Shown here piece after piece: positions 1-8,085 of a stretch of DNA of 42,256 nucleotides. Numbering within the stretch: position 1 is the stretch's first letter; each line of letters starts with the position of its first letter. The stretch covers positions 1 through 42,256 of the IMG/VR virus record IMGVR_UViG_3300033565_000087, one strand, 5' to 3'. The notes under the pieces are model-generated. The model saw only the letters and a list, made by a program, of their open reading frames with translations. It had not been told where the DNA came from and ran no database searches. This DNA comes from a virus (lineage: Duplodnaviria > Caudoviricetes). The translations under genes were made by a program, and so were the position numbers.

Positions 1-1317
1 TCAATCCTGAAACTTTACTGCTTTTTGTTTGGTAAGTTCTTCCCACCGGGTAACGATCACATCTACATACCTGGGATCCAATTCCATAGCGTAACAGGTC
101 CGATCTAATTGATCTGCTGCTATGAGGGTTGAGCCGCTGCCAGCGAAGGGTTCATAGACAAGTTGGCCCTTCATACTTGAATTCTTAATCAGCTTCCCAA
201 TGAGCGGGATGGGCTTCATCGTTGGATGTAGATCACTCTTGAGCGGCTTGTTTTCATAGAGGACAGTCGATTGTTGATCATCCATGATTCTCTTCAGGAT
301 CTCGACGAGTTCCTCTTTCTTCATCTTCTCAATGCTTTGAGTATCATCAAACACTGTAGCCTGGGTTCGGTCGTCCACGAAGTAGTGTCCTACCCCTTCC
401 TTCCAACCATACAGGATCGGCTCATGTCTCCAGTGATAATCATGGCGGCTGAGATTGAATGAGTTCTTTACCCATATCAGATTCTCTGAGAACTTGAATC
501 CGGCTTTCTGGAAGGCATATTCGAAGCTCAATCGTTCAACATCACTGTGGAAGACATAGATGACTCCCCCGATCTTCAAGTGCTCATAAGCGTTGGTATA
601 CATCGCTAGAAGGAAATGATAGAAGTTATTGCTATCCATGTGATCATTGAGGATCTCATTGTTCTTCCTTTGACCATTCTTGAACATTTTGTGGTAGTCG
701 ATCTTGTTTTCATAATTCACATTGTAGGGTGGATCAGTAACAATCAAGTCAGCCAGCTTTCCTTGCATCAGCATTTGCACGTCATTGGGGTCGGTGCTAT
801 CGCCACACATCAACCGATGTTCTCCCAGCTGATAGATACATCCCCTCTTTGACTTCGGCTCTTCTATGGCTTCTAACGCGGCTTCCACATCGAATTCATC
901 ATCGGTAGCGACACTGGTATCCATCTTGGCCATGAGCTCTTTGATCTCTTGATCATCGAAACCGGTCATTCCAACATCGATCTGGTTTTCGAGCTCCAGG
1001 AGAAGATCCTTGAGCTTGTCCATCTGCCATTCACCGGAAATCTTATTGAGGGCAATGTTGAGGGCTTTCTCTTTGACCTTGTCGACATCGACAATGATGA
1101 CATCGACTTCCTGGTAGCCCATGTCTTTGAGTACTGTGGCTCTTTGATGACCCCCGATGATGGTCAGGTCATGATTGACGATGATCGGATCCACATAGCC
1201 GAATTCCTGGATGCTGCGTTTGATCTTCTCGTATTCCGGATCCCCACTCTTCAGAGCTTTACGGGGGTTGTAATCTGCATATTTGAGGTCAGTAATGACC
1301 ATTTTATTGAGTTGCAT
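1..1317 (-). CDS. ParB-N domain + beta-class DNA amino-methyltransferase (phage DNA modification methylase)
   Basis: N-terminal YNPRK...IIGGHQR ParB-like domain; DPPY catalytic motif; HPTMKP; FAGSGST SAM motif. Confidence 0.9.
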   Translation of the reverse strand: MQLNKMVITDLKYADYNPRKALKSGDPEYEKIKRSIQEFGYVDPIIVNHDLTIIGGHQRATVLKDMGYQEVDVIIVDVDKVKEKALNIALNKISGEWQMDKLKDLLLELENQIDVGMTGFDDQEIKELMAKMDTSVATDDEFDVEAALEAIEEPKSKRGCIYQLGEHRLMCGDSTDPNDVQMLMQGKLADLIVTDPPYNVNYENKIDYHKMFKNGQRKNNEILNDHMDSNNFYHFLLAMYTNAYEHLKIGGVIYVFHSDVERLSFEYAFQKAGFKFSENLIWVKNSFNLSRHDYHWRHEPILYGWKEGVGHYFVDDRTQATVFDDTQSIEKMKKEELVEILKRIMDDQQSTVLYENKPLKSDLHPTMKPIPLIGKLIKNSSMKGQLVYEPFAGSGSTLIAADQLDRTCYAMELDPRYVDVIVTRWEELTKQKAVKFQD

Positions 1318-1328
1318 TGGTTTCCTTT

Positions 1329-1622
1329 TTAGAATGGCTTAATCAGTCTGAGGTAGGCTGCTTGGAGGGTGATCTCATTAACCAACCGGTTACGCCAGAC
1401 ATAGTAGGTCGTCTTCTCAACATTCAACAACTCGAAGATACTCTGCTCTGGAAGCTGCTTGACGTATTTGAAGTCTAGAAGCTTACCCATCTCAGTCCCT
1501 TCATATTTTTTGAAGATCCCTTCTATGATAATGGACCATTGTTGATCTTCAAGTAGCGAACTGTCTTTAATTTTTTGACGATTAATCAGGTAATATTCAA
1601 CACCCTCACGGTATTTGTTCAT
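1329..1622 (-). CDS. ArpU/RinA-like late transcription activator
   Basis: 97 aa; KYV followed by C-terminal HTH (IFELLNVEKTTYYVWRN); last gene of early operon. Confidence 0.55.
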   Translation of the reverse strand: MNKYREGVEYYLINRQKIKDSSLLEDQQWSIIIEGIFKKYEGTEMGKLLDFKYVKQLPEQSIFELLNVEKTTYYVWRNRLVNEITLQAAYLRLIKPF

Positions 1623-2418
1623 TGAGATTCCTTTCTCTCATACGCATGTTCATGCGTTCATTATTATTCAGCTGTACACAGTAATCTCCAGTCATTTCGT
1701 AGATCCTGGATCCTATGGCTTCATCAATGGTTAGAAGCTCCTTAATGACCTTCTCGCTACTGATGATGGTAATCAGATCTTTGTCTTGGTATCTTGCGTT
1801 GAGGATTTCAAAGGCGATGTTGATGTCAGCTGTTGAAGGCGACTTCCCTCTTTCGGTTTTGAAGAGATCATCGATGTACAACACCTTGATCGTTTTATAA
1901 GATTGGATTGTGGTTTGGTAGTTCGTTCCTTCAACCAGGTTCGTTTTGAGTTTCACGACTTCATCGCGCCATAACATATACAGCGTTTGGTTTCCCAGGT
2001 TCATCAGCTCGTTGACGATCGCGGTACAGATGTGGGTCTTTCCGGCTCCGACTTGGCCACCGATGAAGAACCAATGACCTTGGTCTTGGACAAACGAGAG
2101 TGCTTTCTCTTTGATGATCCGCTGCCACATTGCCTTTGAATCATAGGTTTCGAAAGTATAATCTTGGATCAGTTTCTTCATCCCACTCTTTTCGACGATA
2201 CCTTTTGTTTCTCTCTTCTTTTGACAGTCACAGGGTTTCAAAGCGGTATAGCCTTCATCCAAGATCATGATGTAGCCCTTGTTCTTACAGAGTTGACAAT
2301 TTTGACCTTTAAGCGTTCCCTGCTCATTATTGTATCTTTGGATCTGAGTCTCAAGTGATACCGAATTTGATGAGCTAGTTGAGAGTGCATTGGGAAGACA
2401 TTGTTGAATCGCCTTCAT
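1606..2418 (-). CDS. DnaC/IstB-like helicase loader ATPase
   Basis: CxxC...CxC zinc motif, Walker A GQVGAGKTH, Walker B LYIDD, SRIYEM. Confidence 0.9.
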   Translation of the reverse strand: MKAIQQCLPNALSTSSSNSVSLETQIQRYNNEQGTLKGQNCQLCKNKGYIMILDEGYTALKPCDCQKKRETKGIVEKSGMKKLIQDYTFETYDSKAMWQRIIKEKALSFVQDQGHWFFIGGQVGAGKTHICTAIVNELMNLGNQTLYMLWRDEVVKLKTNLVEGTNYQTTIQSYKTIKVLYIDDLFKTERGKSPSTADINIAFEILNARYQDKDLITIISSEKVIKELLTIDEAIGSRIYEMTGDYCVQLNNNERMNMRMRERNLNEQIP

Positions 2419-3022
2419 TACAATTCTCCTCTTCTACCGGATACAGATGCTCAGATCCAAGGATAATCCCATGGGACGGGAACTCCTCACTATCCTTCGG
2501 CAACGGTTGCCCGCTTTCTTTTTTATTATTTTTTTCTTTAACTTTCTTTTTGCTACCTGCTATATCTAATGCTAATGCTATGTCTTGACTTCCTTGACTT
2601 GTCCCCGACATTTTCGAGACCACTATTTCGCTTTGTTTTTTCTGCTTTGCGCGTTGCTCTTGTTTCTTGATTCGGTTATATTCCTTGATGATTTCAAGCT
2701 TTTCGATGTTTTGATACACTTCCCAGTTCAGGATCGAGATCACATTCTCTTTTATCGAGATCATATTGAATTGGGTAAATAAACCAAGCGCTTTTCCCAC
2801 TCTTTCAATGGGGTGTTTCAGTTCAACCGCCAACATTTCCACCGTGTACGGGACATTGTCCGAGAAATAGATTAGACCGCAATCATTGGTATCCGCAGCC
2901 AAACACATCAACTGAATCCAGATCAATGCCATGTCATTCCCTTCTGTTTGATCACGAATTTGGGTAATCTTTCGATTCTTGAAGATGTCTGAAGCCAGTT
3001 TTACCCATCGGATATCAGTCAT
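2375..3022 (-). CDS. Phage replisome organiser (initiator), N-terminal domain protein
   Basis: WVKLASDIFKNRKI...IWIQLMCLA...PYTVEMLA...NWEVYQ signature; low-complexity linker; upstream of DnaC. Confidence 0.85.
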   Translation of the reverse strand: MTDIRWVKLASDIFKNRKITQIRDQTEGNDMALIWIQLMCLAADTNDCGLIYFSDNVPYTVEMLAVELKHPIERVGKALGLFTQFNMISIKENVISILNWEVYQNIEKLEIIKEYNRIKKQEQRAKQKKQSEIVVSKMSGTSQGSQDIALALDIAGSKKKVKEKNNKKESGQPLPKDSEEFPSHGIILGSEHLYPVEEENCNEGDSTMSSQCTLN

Positions 3023-3350
3023 AATAGCCTTCCATAAGTTGGTAGTGTTTCCAATTTCTCAATTTGATATAACCTTCTTCAAAAACGATCATATGGAATT
3101 CTTCAAAGATATCCAGCGCTTCTTGAATGATCCGGGGATGAAATCCGGAAACAACAGACATGTCCTGGACAGAAAATGGGTTTCCATCTGGACCACCGAT
3201 CGTATCGTCATCATAGGCTGTTGCGCCAAGTGTAAGTAAATAGATCCAAAAATTGAGGTAAGCATGTCCATCTGCTTTACTACGAATGAGTTTGATTTTG
3301 GGATTCTCAAAAAAATGAACATCTAAGTTTACTACGTGGGTTCTATACAT
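3015..3350 (-). CDS. Stand-alone replisome-organiser N-terminal domain protein
   Basis: FFENPKIKLIR...FWIYLLTL...NWKHYQ; same fold signature as the neighbouring gene. Confidence 0.7.
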   Translation of the reverse strand: MYRTHVVNLDVHFFENPKIKLIRSKADGHAYLNFWIYLLTLGATAYDDDTIGGPDGNPFSVQDMSVVSGFHPRIIQEALDIFEEFHMIVFEEGYIKLRNWKHYQLMEGYYD

Positions 3351-3365
3351 TATGAATTCTCCCTC

Positions 3366-4193
3366 TTATTTCTTTGACTGTTTTCTGAGATTTTCGAGTT
3401 TTACTCGTTTCTCATCAATTGAGGATCGGGTATAGATCCGGGTTGTTTCTAATGAACTGTGACCCAGAATATCCGCCAAGTCCAAGACATTGTTGTATTG
3501 AGCCATAAACGACTTCGCAAACAAATGCCTGAAACTATGCGGATGAACTTTATCCAGATTGACTTTGGCAGCCCCGGCAATGATCTTCATCTGTCTCCAA
3601 ATGGTGGAGTAGCTAATGACGAAGATCCTGCCGGATTCTATTTTATGGACTCTAGCGTATTTACGAAGTTCTCTGGCCAATTCAAGGGTTAAGATGATGT
3701 CTCTTTCCTTGCCTTTGTTTTGAACACTGAAATGTGTTCCTTTGAGATTCTCGATCGTAAACCACTCAAGCTCATTGATCCGTATACCGGTGGTCAGAAT
3801 AATCTTGATGATGAGGTAGATGTCTTCTCTATCTCTTTGTTTCGCAAAACGAAGTAAACGTTTCGCATCAGCTTCACTGACCACGTTCGATAGACTGGAT
3901 TTTTGTTGCGTTTTAATTTCGCGTACCCTAAGGTCGCCTTGACCGCACCACTTCAAGAACGTGTTGAGGATGGTGAGGTAATTATTGATACTGGAGGTCA
4001 GGTAACGACCCTCGCATAGGTGTTCCTTGTAGGCCAGTACATCAGTTTTCGTGATCTCAGTTTCGTCTGGAATAAAGTCAATGAATTTCTGGATATCTCG
4101 AGTGTATTTCGAGAGGGTCCGTTTCGATTTCTCATTGAGTCTTTGTTCCTGGATAAACGGAGACTGCGCTTTACTAAAGTCTTCCTTACGCAT
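3366..4193 (-). CDS. Second tyrosine recombinase (XerC/D-like) in early operon
   Basis: SAM-like N-terminus; TGIRINE, HSFRH, LGHSSLETTRIY catalytic motifs. Confidence 0.9.
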   Translation of the reverse strand: MRKEDFSKAQSPFIQEQRLNEKSKRTLSKYTRDIQKFIDFIPDETEITKTDVLAYKEHLCEGRYLTSSINNYLTILNTFLKWCGQGDLRVREIKTQQKSSLSNVVSEADAKRLLRFAKQRDREDIYLIIKIILTTGIRINELEWFTIENLKGTHFSVQNKGKERDIILTLELARELRKYARVHKIESGRIFVISYSTIWRQMKIIAGAAKVNLDKVHPHSFRHLFAKSFMAQYNNVLDLADILGHSSLETTRIYTRSSIDEKRVKLENLRKQSKK

Positions 4194-4234
4194 TAGTGTT
4201 TACTGGTGTCAAATGAAATTTGAATGATGGGCAA

Positions 4235-4489
4235 TTAATAGGACAGCTCTCCAGCCTTTGAGGATTGCGTGGTGTTTTGCTCTTTATATTGTCTCAATGC
4301 GAAACTATAATTGAGTCCTAAGACCTTGAACACCAGATGAGAAGGAACCTTACTAGGTCTAAGATTGTAGGGATCATTCTCTAGCTTCTTACATTCATCA
4401 AACACTTTCGAAGCACTCTTCCATCGAACACCGCCCATCAATTCTTGAATATCACTCTTGGTTGCGTAAGCATTAAATAGGATTTTCAT
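4235..4489 (-). CDS. Small DNA-binding protein, possible excisionase/RDF
   Basis: 84 aa, directly after Cro; paralog at 40990..41244; Xis-like pattern is an inference. Confidence 0.45.
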   Translation of the reverse strand: MKILFNAYATKSDIQELMGGVRWKSASKVFDECKKLENDPYNLRPSKVPSHLVFKVLGLNYSFALRQYKEQNTTQSSKAGELSY

Positions 4490-4534
4490 AGCACACCCCT
4501 TCCCTTCGTTCAGTCTAGCCGCACATTTTGTGCG

Positions 4535-4735
4535 CTACTCTGCATAGAAGATAGAATCTACTGTTACACCATAGTATCTGGCCAACTTCATCTTGGCTGA
4601 ATCCACCGGCATCCGATATCCTCTTTCATAGGATTCCAGCGATTTAACCGTTAATTTGGTGAAATAAGCCACTTCTTCCCGGGTTTTAGACCCTCTCAAT
4701 GCCATCAATCGCATGCCAACCTTTATTCGATCCAA
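4535..4735 (-). CDS. Cro-like HTH repressor
   Basis: TTG start at 4735 after GGAGG RBS; XRE HTH (TREEVA...SYERGYRMP); divergent from CI; 66 aa like its paralog. Confidence 0.85.
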   Translation of the reverse strand: MDRIKVGMRLMALRGSKTREEVAYFTKLTVKSLESYERGYRMPVDSAKMKLARYYGVTVDSIFYAE

Positions 4736-4794
4736 GCGACTACCTCCTTGTCCCAGAGCGGGAAACATCAAGCCTCATCTCGGCCCGCAAGGAT

Positions 4795-4823
4795 ATTCTA
4801 AAAGACTTCACCCTGAAAGTCTA
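4795..4823 (-). promoter_or_regulatory. Putative lytic (Cro) promoter
   Basis: TAGACT-17 nt-TAGAAT on - strand; equivalent promoter at 41528..41556. Confidence 0.55.
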
Positions 4824-4844
4824 GCGCATTTTGAAATGTTATCG

Positions 4845-4873
4845 TTGCGTTCCCACGCTTCGTGTGGTATACT
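4845..4873 (+). promoter_or_regulatory. Putative CI promoter with operator-like palindrome
   Basis: TTGCGT-17 nt-TATACT with extended TG; CACG-CTT-CGTG in the spacer. Confidence 0.65.
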
Positions 4874-4892
4874 TTCCCATGAGGTGAACCTT

Positions 4893-5525
4893 ATGGCTAC
4901 TTTTAATGAACGCTTAAGAGATTTGAGAAAAGCTTCCGGTCTAACTCAGAAGCAACTCGCTCAGGATCTTGAACTTGGTGAGAGTACGGTCAGTATGTAT
5001 GAGCAAGGATCACGTGAACCTGACTTCGAACTCTTAACCAGAATTACAGATTACTTTAATGTCGATGTTAACTTCCTGTTGGGTCGAATCGATAACCAGG
5101 TGTTCGCACCAGTAAGTAGAATCGTACGTGCCAAGAAGATCCCAGTTTATGGGCGGATCGCTGCCGGCTCCCCTTTTAGTGCTATTCATGACGATTTGGG
5201 TGAAATTGATATTCCGGGCTGGTTGGCCAAGAAAGACAATCTGTTTGGCTTGATCGTTTCCGGAGACAGTATGAACCGGATCGTCCCGGATGGGTATATA
5301 GCAGTCCTGCAGAAGACCTCAGTGCTTGAAAACGGCGACGTTGGAGCGATCTTAGTGAATGGTGATGACGCCACGCTGAAGAAGTTTATTCGCCTGACAG
5401 ACTATATCGTGCTTGAACCCCTGAGCTTCAATCCGATCCATAAGCCATTCATGTTTGGCAAGGATGAACCGGATGTTCAGATCCTTGGCAAGCTAGTTTG
5501 GGCTTGTGCCCCACACGAACTTTAA
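4893..5525 (+). CDS. CI/LexA-like repressor (HTH + S24 peptidase)
   Basis: ATG after GAGGTG; XRE HTH; A-G cleavage site (IAAG), catalytic GDSM and TLKK; 210 aa. Confidence 0.93.
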   Translation: MATFNERLRDLRKASGLTQKQLAQDLELGESTVSMYEQGSREPDFELLTRITDYFNVDVNFLLGRIDNQVFAPVSRIVRAKKIPVYGRIAAGSPFSAIHDDLGEIDIPGWLAKKDNLFGLIVSGDSMNRIVPDGYIAVLQKTSVLENGDVGAILVNGDDATLKKFIRLTDYIVLEPLSFNPIHKPFMFGKDEPDVQILGKLVWACAPHEL

Positions 5526-5623
5526 GACAAAAAAACACCCCATTGCGTTGGGGTGCGGTACAACTAATTCTCGGAAGAAAGGGTTGTACCTTCATTATAT
5601 CAAAAAAATGGAGGACTTCAATT

Positions 5624-6691
5624 ATGGCTGTTTATAGAGACGTTCAGAGGAAGACATGGTTCGTTAGTGCTGCTTATCGCGATTCAACCGGTAAAGCAGT
5701 GGTCCATACCAAACGCGGTTTTGAGACCAAGCGTGAAGCCCAGAACTATGAGACCGATTTCAGGAAGAGTTTGAATCCTACCGCCAGTCAATCCATCACC
5801 TATGGGGAGATCCTGGAGAAGTTTCTTGAGAACAAGAAAGGCACAGCCAATGCGGACTCGATCCATGAGTACAAGCATGTGGCTGATCTGTTTCTCACTC
5901 CCTTGTATACCAGAAAGTTCTCAGCGATCAAATCCAAAGACTACATCACTATTCGCTCAAACATCCTAGACTCCTCTTACTCCAAGAGTTATAAAAACAA
6001 AGCGATCACCTTACTGAAATCAATTTCGCGATTTGCCTACAACTTCTACGACTTCAAGGATCAGACCAAGATGCTTTCTAAGCTCGCCGGTAACAGCGAC
6101 GACAAGAAGGACATGCAGGTTTGGACCCCTGAGCAGTTTGATCAGTTCATCCAGCATGTGGACACGGATGTCTACAAGTGCTACTTCACCCTTCTCTTTC
6201 GTACAGGTCTTAGACGTAGTGAAGGCAAAGCGTTACTCAAAACGGATCTCAAAAACGGGATCCTCAACATCGACAAAAGCATTCGTTCAAACTCTGTTGG
6301 CTTTCGGCCCTTAAAGAACGTCGCCAGCAAGCGGAAGATTCAGCTTGATGAACATATGGTCGAGATGTTGAACCCGCTTCTAAAGCGCCCAGGTCGCTTC
6401 CTATTTGGAAACGATGAGCCGGTAGGCATCTCTTCGATCCAAAGACAATTTGTCGATGCGATCACCAAATGTAACGATGCATTGGCCAAAGAGAACCTTC
6501 CCCTCTTACCGGTGATCCGGGTCCATGATCTGCGCCACAGTCACGCATCCAACCTGATCAGTAAGGGTGCCAATATTGTCGCGGTATCGAAACGCCTGGG
6601 CCACTCTGATGTCAACATGACCCTCAAGGTCTATACCCATCTTATGAAGGAATCTGAAGAGAATTTGATGACGATCCTCAAGACATTCTAG
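5624..6691 (+). CDS. Prophage tyrosine integrase with arm-binding domain
   Basis: Start after GGAGG; KRGFETKREA arm domain; TGLRRSE, HDLRH, LGHS...VYTH. Confidence 0.95.
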   Translation: MAVYRDVQRKTWFVSAAYRDSTGKAVVHTKRGFETKREAQNYETDFRKSLNPTASQSITYGEILEKFLENKKGTANADSIHEYKHVADLFLTPLYTRKFSAIKSKDYITIRSNILDSSYSKSYKNKAITLLKSISRFAYNFYDFKDQTKMLSKLAGNSDDKKDMQVWTPEQFDQFIQHVDTDVYKCYFTLLFRTGLRRSEGKALLKTDLKNGILNIDKSIRSNSVGFRPLKNVASKRKIQLDEHMVEMLNPLLKRPGRFLFGNDEPVGISSIQRQFVDAITKCNDALAKENLPLLPVIRVHDLRHSHASNLISKGANIVAVSKRLGHSDVNMTLKVYTHLMKESEENLMTILKTF

Positions 6692-6825
6692 TATAGTCAC
6701 CTGTATAGTCACAGTTATAGTCACAAACGAAGCTTATCAATGAGTTTCGTTTTCTTTTGGAGCAGGTGTTTTTTCACTCAGGAAAGTGAATATTTCCTCG
6801 CATTGTATAGTCACCGTATAGTCAC
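6692..6825 (+). repeat. Integrase arm-type repeats TATAGTCAC x5
   Basis: Copies at 6692, 6704, 6716, 6806 and 6817. Confidence 0.85.
6725..6758 (+). terminator. Intrinsic terminator after integrase
   Basis: AAACGAAGCTTA/TGAGTTTCGTTT stem (with G-U pairs) followed by a T-run. Confidence 0.55.
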
Positions 6826-6830
6826 GGCAC

Positions 6831-6854
6831 AAAAAAAGCCCTGATTTAGGGCTT
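6831..6854 (-). terminator. Terminator downstream of tRNA-Gly
   Basis: AAGCCCT/AGGGCTT stem plus T-run on - strand. Confidence 0.75.
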
Positions 6855-6864
6855 AAAACGCTAA

Positions 6865-6938
6865 TGGAGCAGGTGAGGGGAATCGAACCCCCGTATCGAC
6901 CTTGGGAAGGTCGCGTTCTACCATTGAACTACACCTGC
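6865..6938 (-). tRNA. tRNA-Gly(CCC)
   Basis: GCAGGTG acceptor stem, CGACC-TTCCCAA-GGTCG anticodon arm, GGTTCGATTCC T-loop, encoded CCA; 74 nt. Confidence 0.97.
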
Positions 6939-6949
6939 ATTGCCTAATC

Positions 6950-6990
6950 ATTTTACCATAAACAACAAAAAAATCTCAACCGAGATTTTA
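6950..6990 (-). promoter_or_regulatory. Putative tRNA promoter overlapping a terminator hairpin
   Basis: TTGAGA-18 nt-TAAAAT with extended TG; AAAATCTC/GAGATTTT hairpin plus T-run. Confidence 0.5.
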
Positions 6991-6999
6991 AGTTTTAAG

Positions 7000-7131
7000 A
7001 TGGAGCAGGTGAGGGGATTTGAAATAACCTTTAACCAATCCTTCAATCCCCTTCAAACCCCGCATACTCTTTACCAAACCTTACCAAGATTTACGGGCTC
7101 TTACAATTTGTATAGTCAATTGTATAGTCAC
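7000..7131 (-). other. attR-like site: tRNA-Gly 3' duplicate plus P arm
   Basis: ATGGAGCAGGTGAGGGGA (7000..7017) identical to 6864..6881; TTGTATAGTCA at 7108 and 7120. Confidence 0.8.
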
Positions 7132-7209
7132 GGATGAATAAAATGTTCAATGATTTTGTTAGTTTTTACACTCTCACATACTAGATGTTTCAATTTTGAT
7201 ATTGAACAA

Positions 7210-8085
7210 CTACCCTTTGACCGATCCCGATGTCAAACCTTTAACAAAATATTTTTGAAGTACCAAGAAAAATATAACTACTGGGATCATCGCCATAACT
7301 GACATGGCAAAAACATAGCCCCAATCTGTTCTGTTATGAGCCTGAAAGAACATTGTTATTGCAACAGGCATTGTTCTTATAACATCTGTTTTGAGAATAG
7401 CTTGTGACCATCCAAGTTCTTCAAATGGAAATAGGAAATTTAAGATACTTACTGCTGCAATAGCTGGTGAAACCATAGGAAGTATAATGTGCCTATATAT
7501 TGTAAACACACTACCTCCATCGATCAAAATAGATTCGTCTAACTCTATAGGGATATTATCTTCAATATATCCTTTAAGTAAGAATGTAGAAAAAGGTATT
7601 ACCCAAGCACTATAAAATAGAATGACGCCCCAAGTATTATTAATTAATCCAAAATATGCAGCAAGTTCAAATTGAGGAATAATCATAGCTAAACCAGGAA
7701 TAAGCATGATTGAGATTATAAAGCCAAATATTATCTTCTTTCCGGGTATCATTAATCTTGCAAATGAATAAGCAAGCAATGATGACACAATTGCAGCGAT
7801 CACTACTGTTGCTGAAGAAACAAAAATTGTATTAAACAAATATCTAAAAAACATGACGTTTTTTAGTATATATTGGAAATTTTCCAAAGTTAACTCATTT
7901 AGAGGTGGAAACAATACTGGTGGGTATGCAAATGTAACACTATTGTCCTTCAAGGATGAAATAACCATGTAAATCATCGGAATAACAACAATGAAAATCC
8001 CGATAATCAAAAGCGCATATCTAAACAACATCATCTTACTTATTTTGTGTTGGCCAATCTGAATTATTGATTTACTCTTACTCAT
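7210..8085 (-). CDS. Carbohydrate ABC transporter permease (MalG-like)
   Basis: TM helices; EAA-like loop ELDESILIDGGS; FVKGLTSGSVKG C-terminus. Confidence 0.92.
   Translation of the reverse strand: MSKSKSIIQIGQHKISKMMLFRYALLIIGIFIVVIPMIYMVISSLKDNSVTFAYPPVLFPPLNELTLENFQYILKNVMFFRYLFNTIFVSSATVVIAAIVSSLLAYSFARLMIPGKKIIFGFIISIMLIPGLAMIIPQFELAAYFGLINNTWGVILFYSAWVIPFSTFLLKGYIEDNIPIELDESILIDGGSVFTIYRHIILPMVSPAIAAVSILNFLFPFEELGWSQAILKTDVIRTMPVAITMFFQAHNRTDWGYVFAMSVMAMIPVVIFFLVLQKYFVKGLTSGSVKG

Larger units (their letters stand above)
1..6864. mobile_element. Prophage 1, early/lysogeny end (extends beyond left edge), integrated at tRNA-Gly 3' end
   Basis: Integrase, cI, cro, replication and MTase gene order; integrase 3' end and arm repeats abut the tRNA 3' end. 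Confidence 0.9.

Noticed and set aside
4713-5623. N-terminal ORF extensions of CI and integrase (also terS 34360..34485)
   Set aside because: They overlap promoters or other genes; downstream starts have an RBS, and for CI match the paralog length
6692-7131. TATAGTCAC repeats as a CRISPR array
   Set aside because: Repeats are 9 bp with 2-3 bp gaps, there are no spacers or cas genes, and the layout fits integrase arm sites
6940-7137. 65-aa ORF over the att region
   Set aside because: Runs across the tRNA promoter, att core and arm sites; no coding signal
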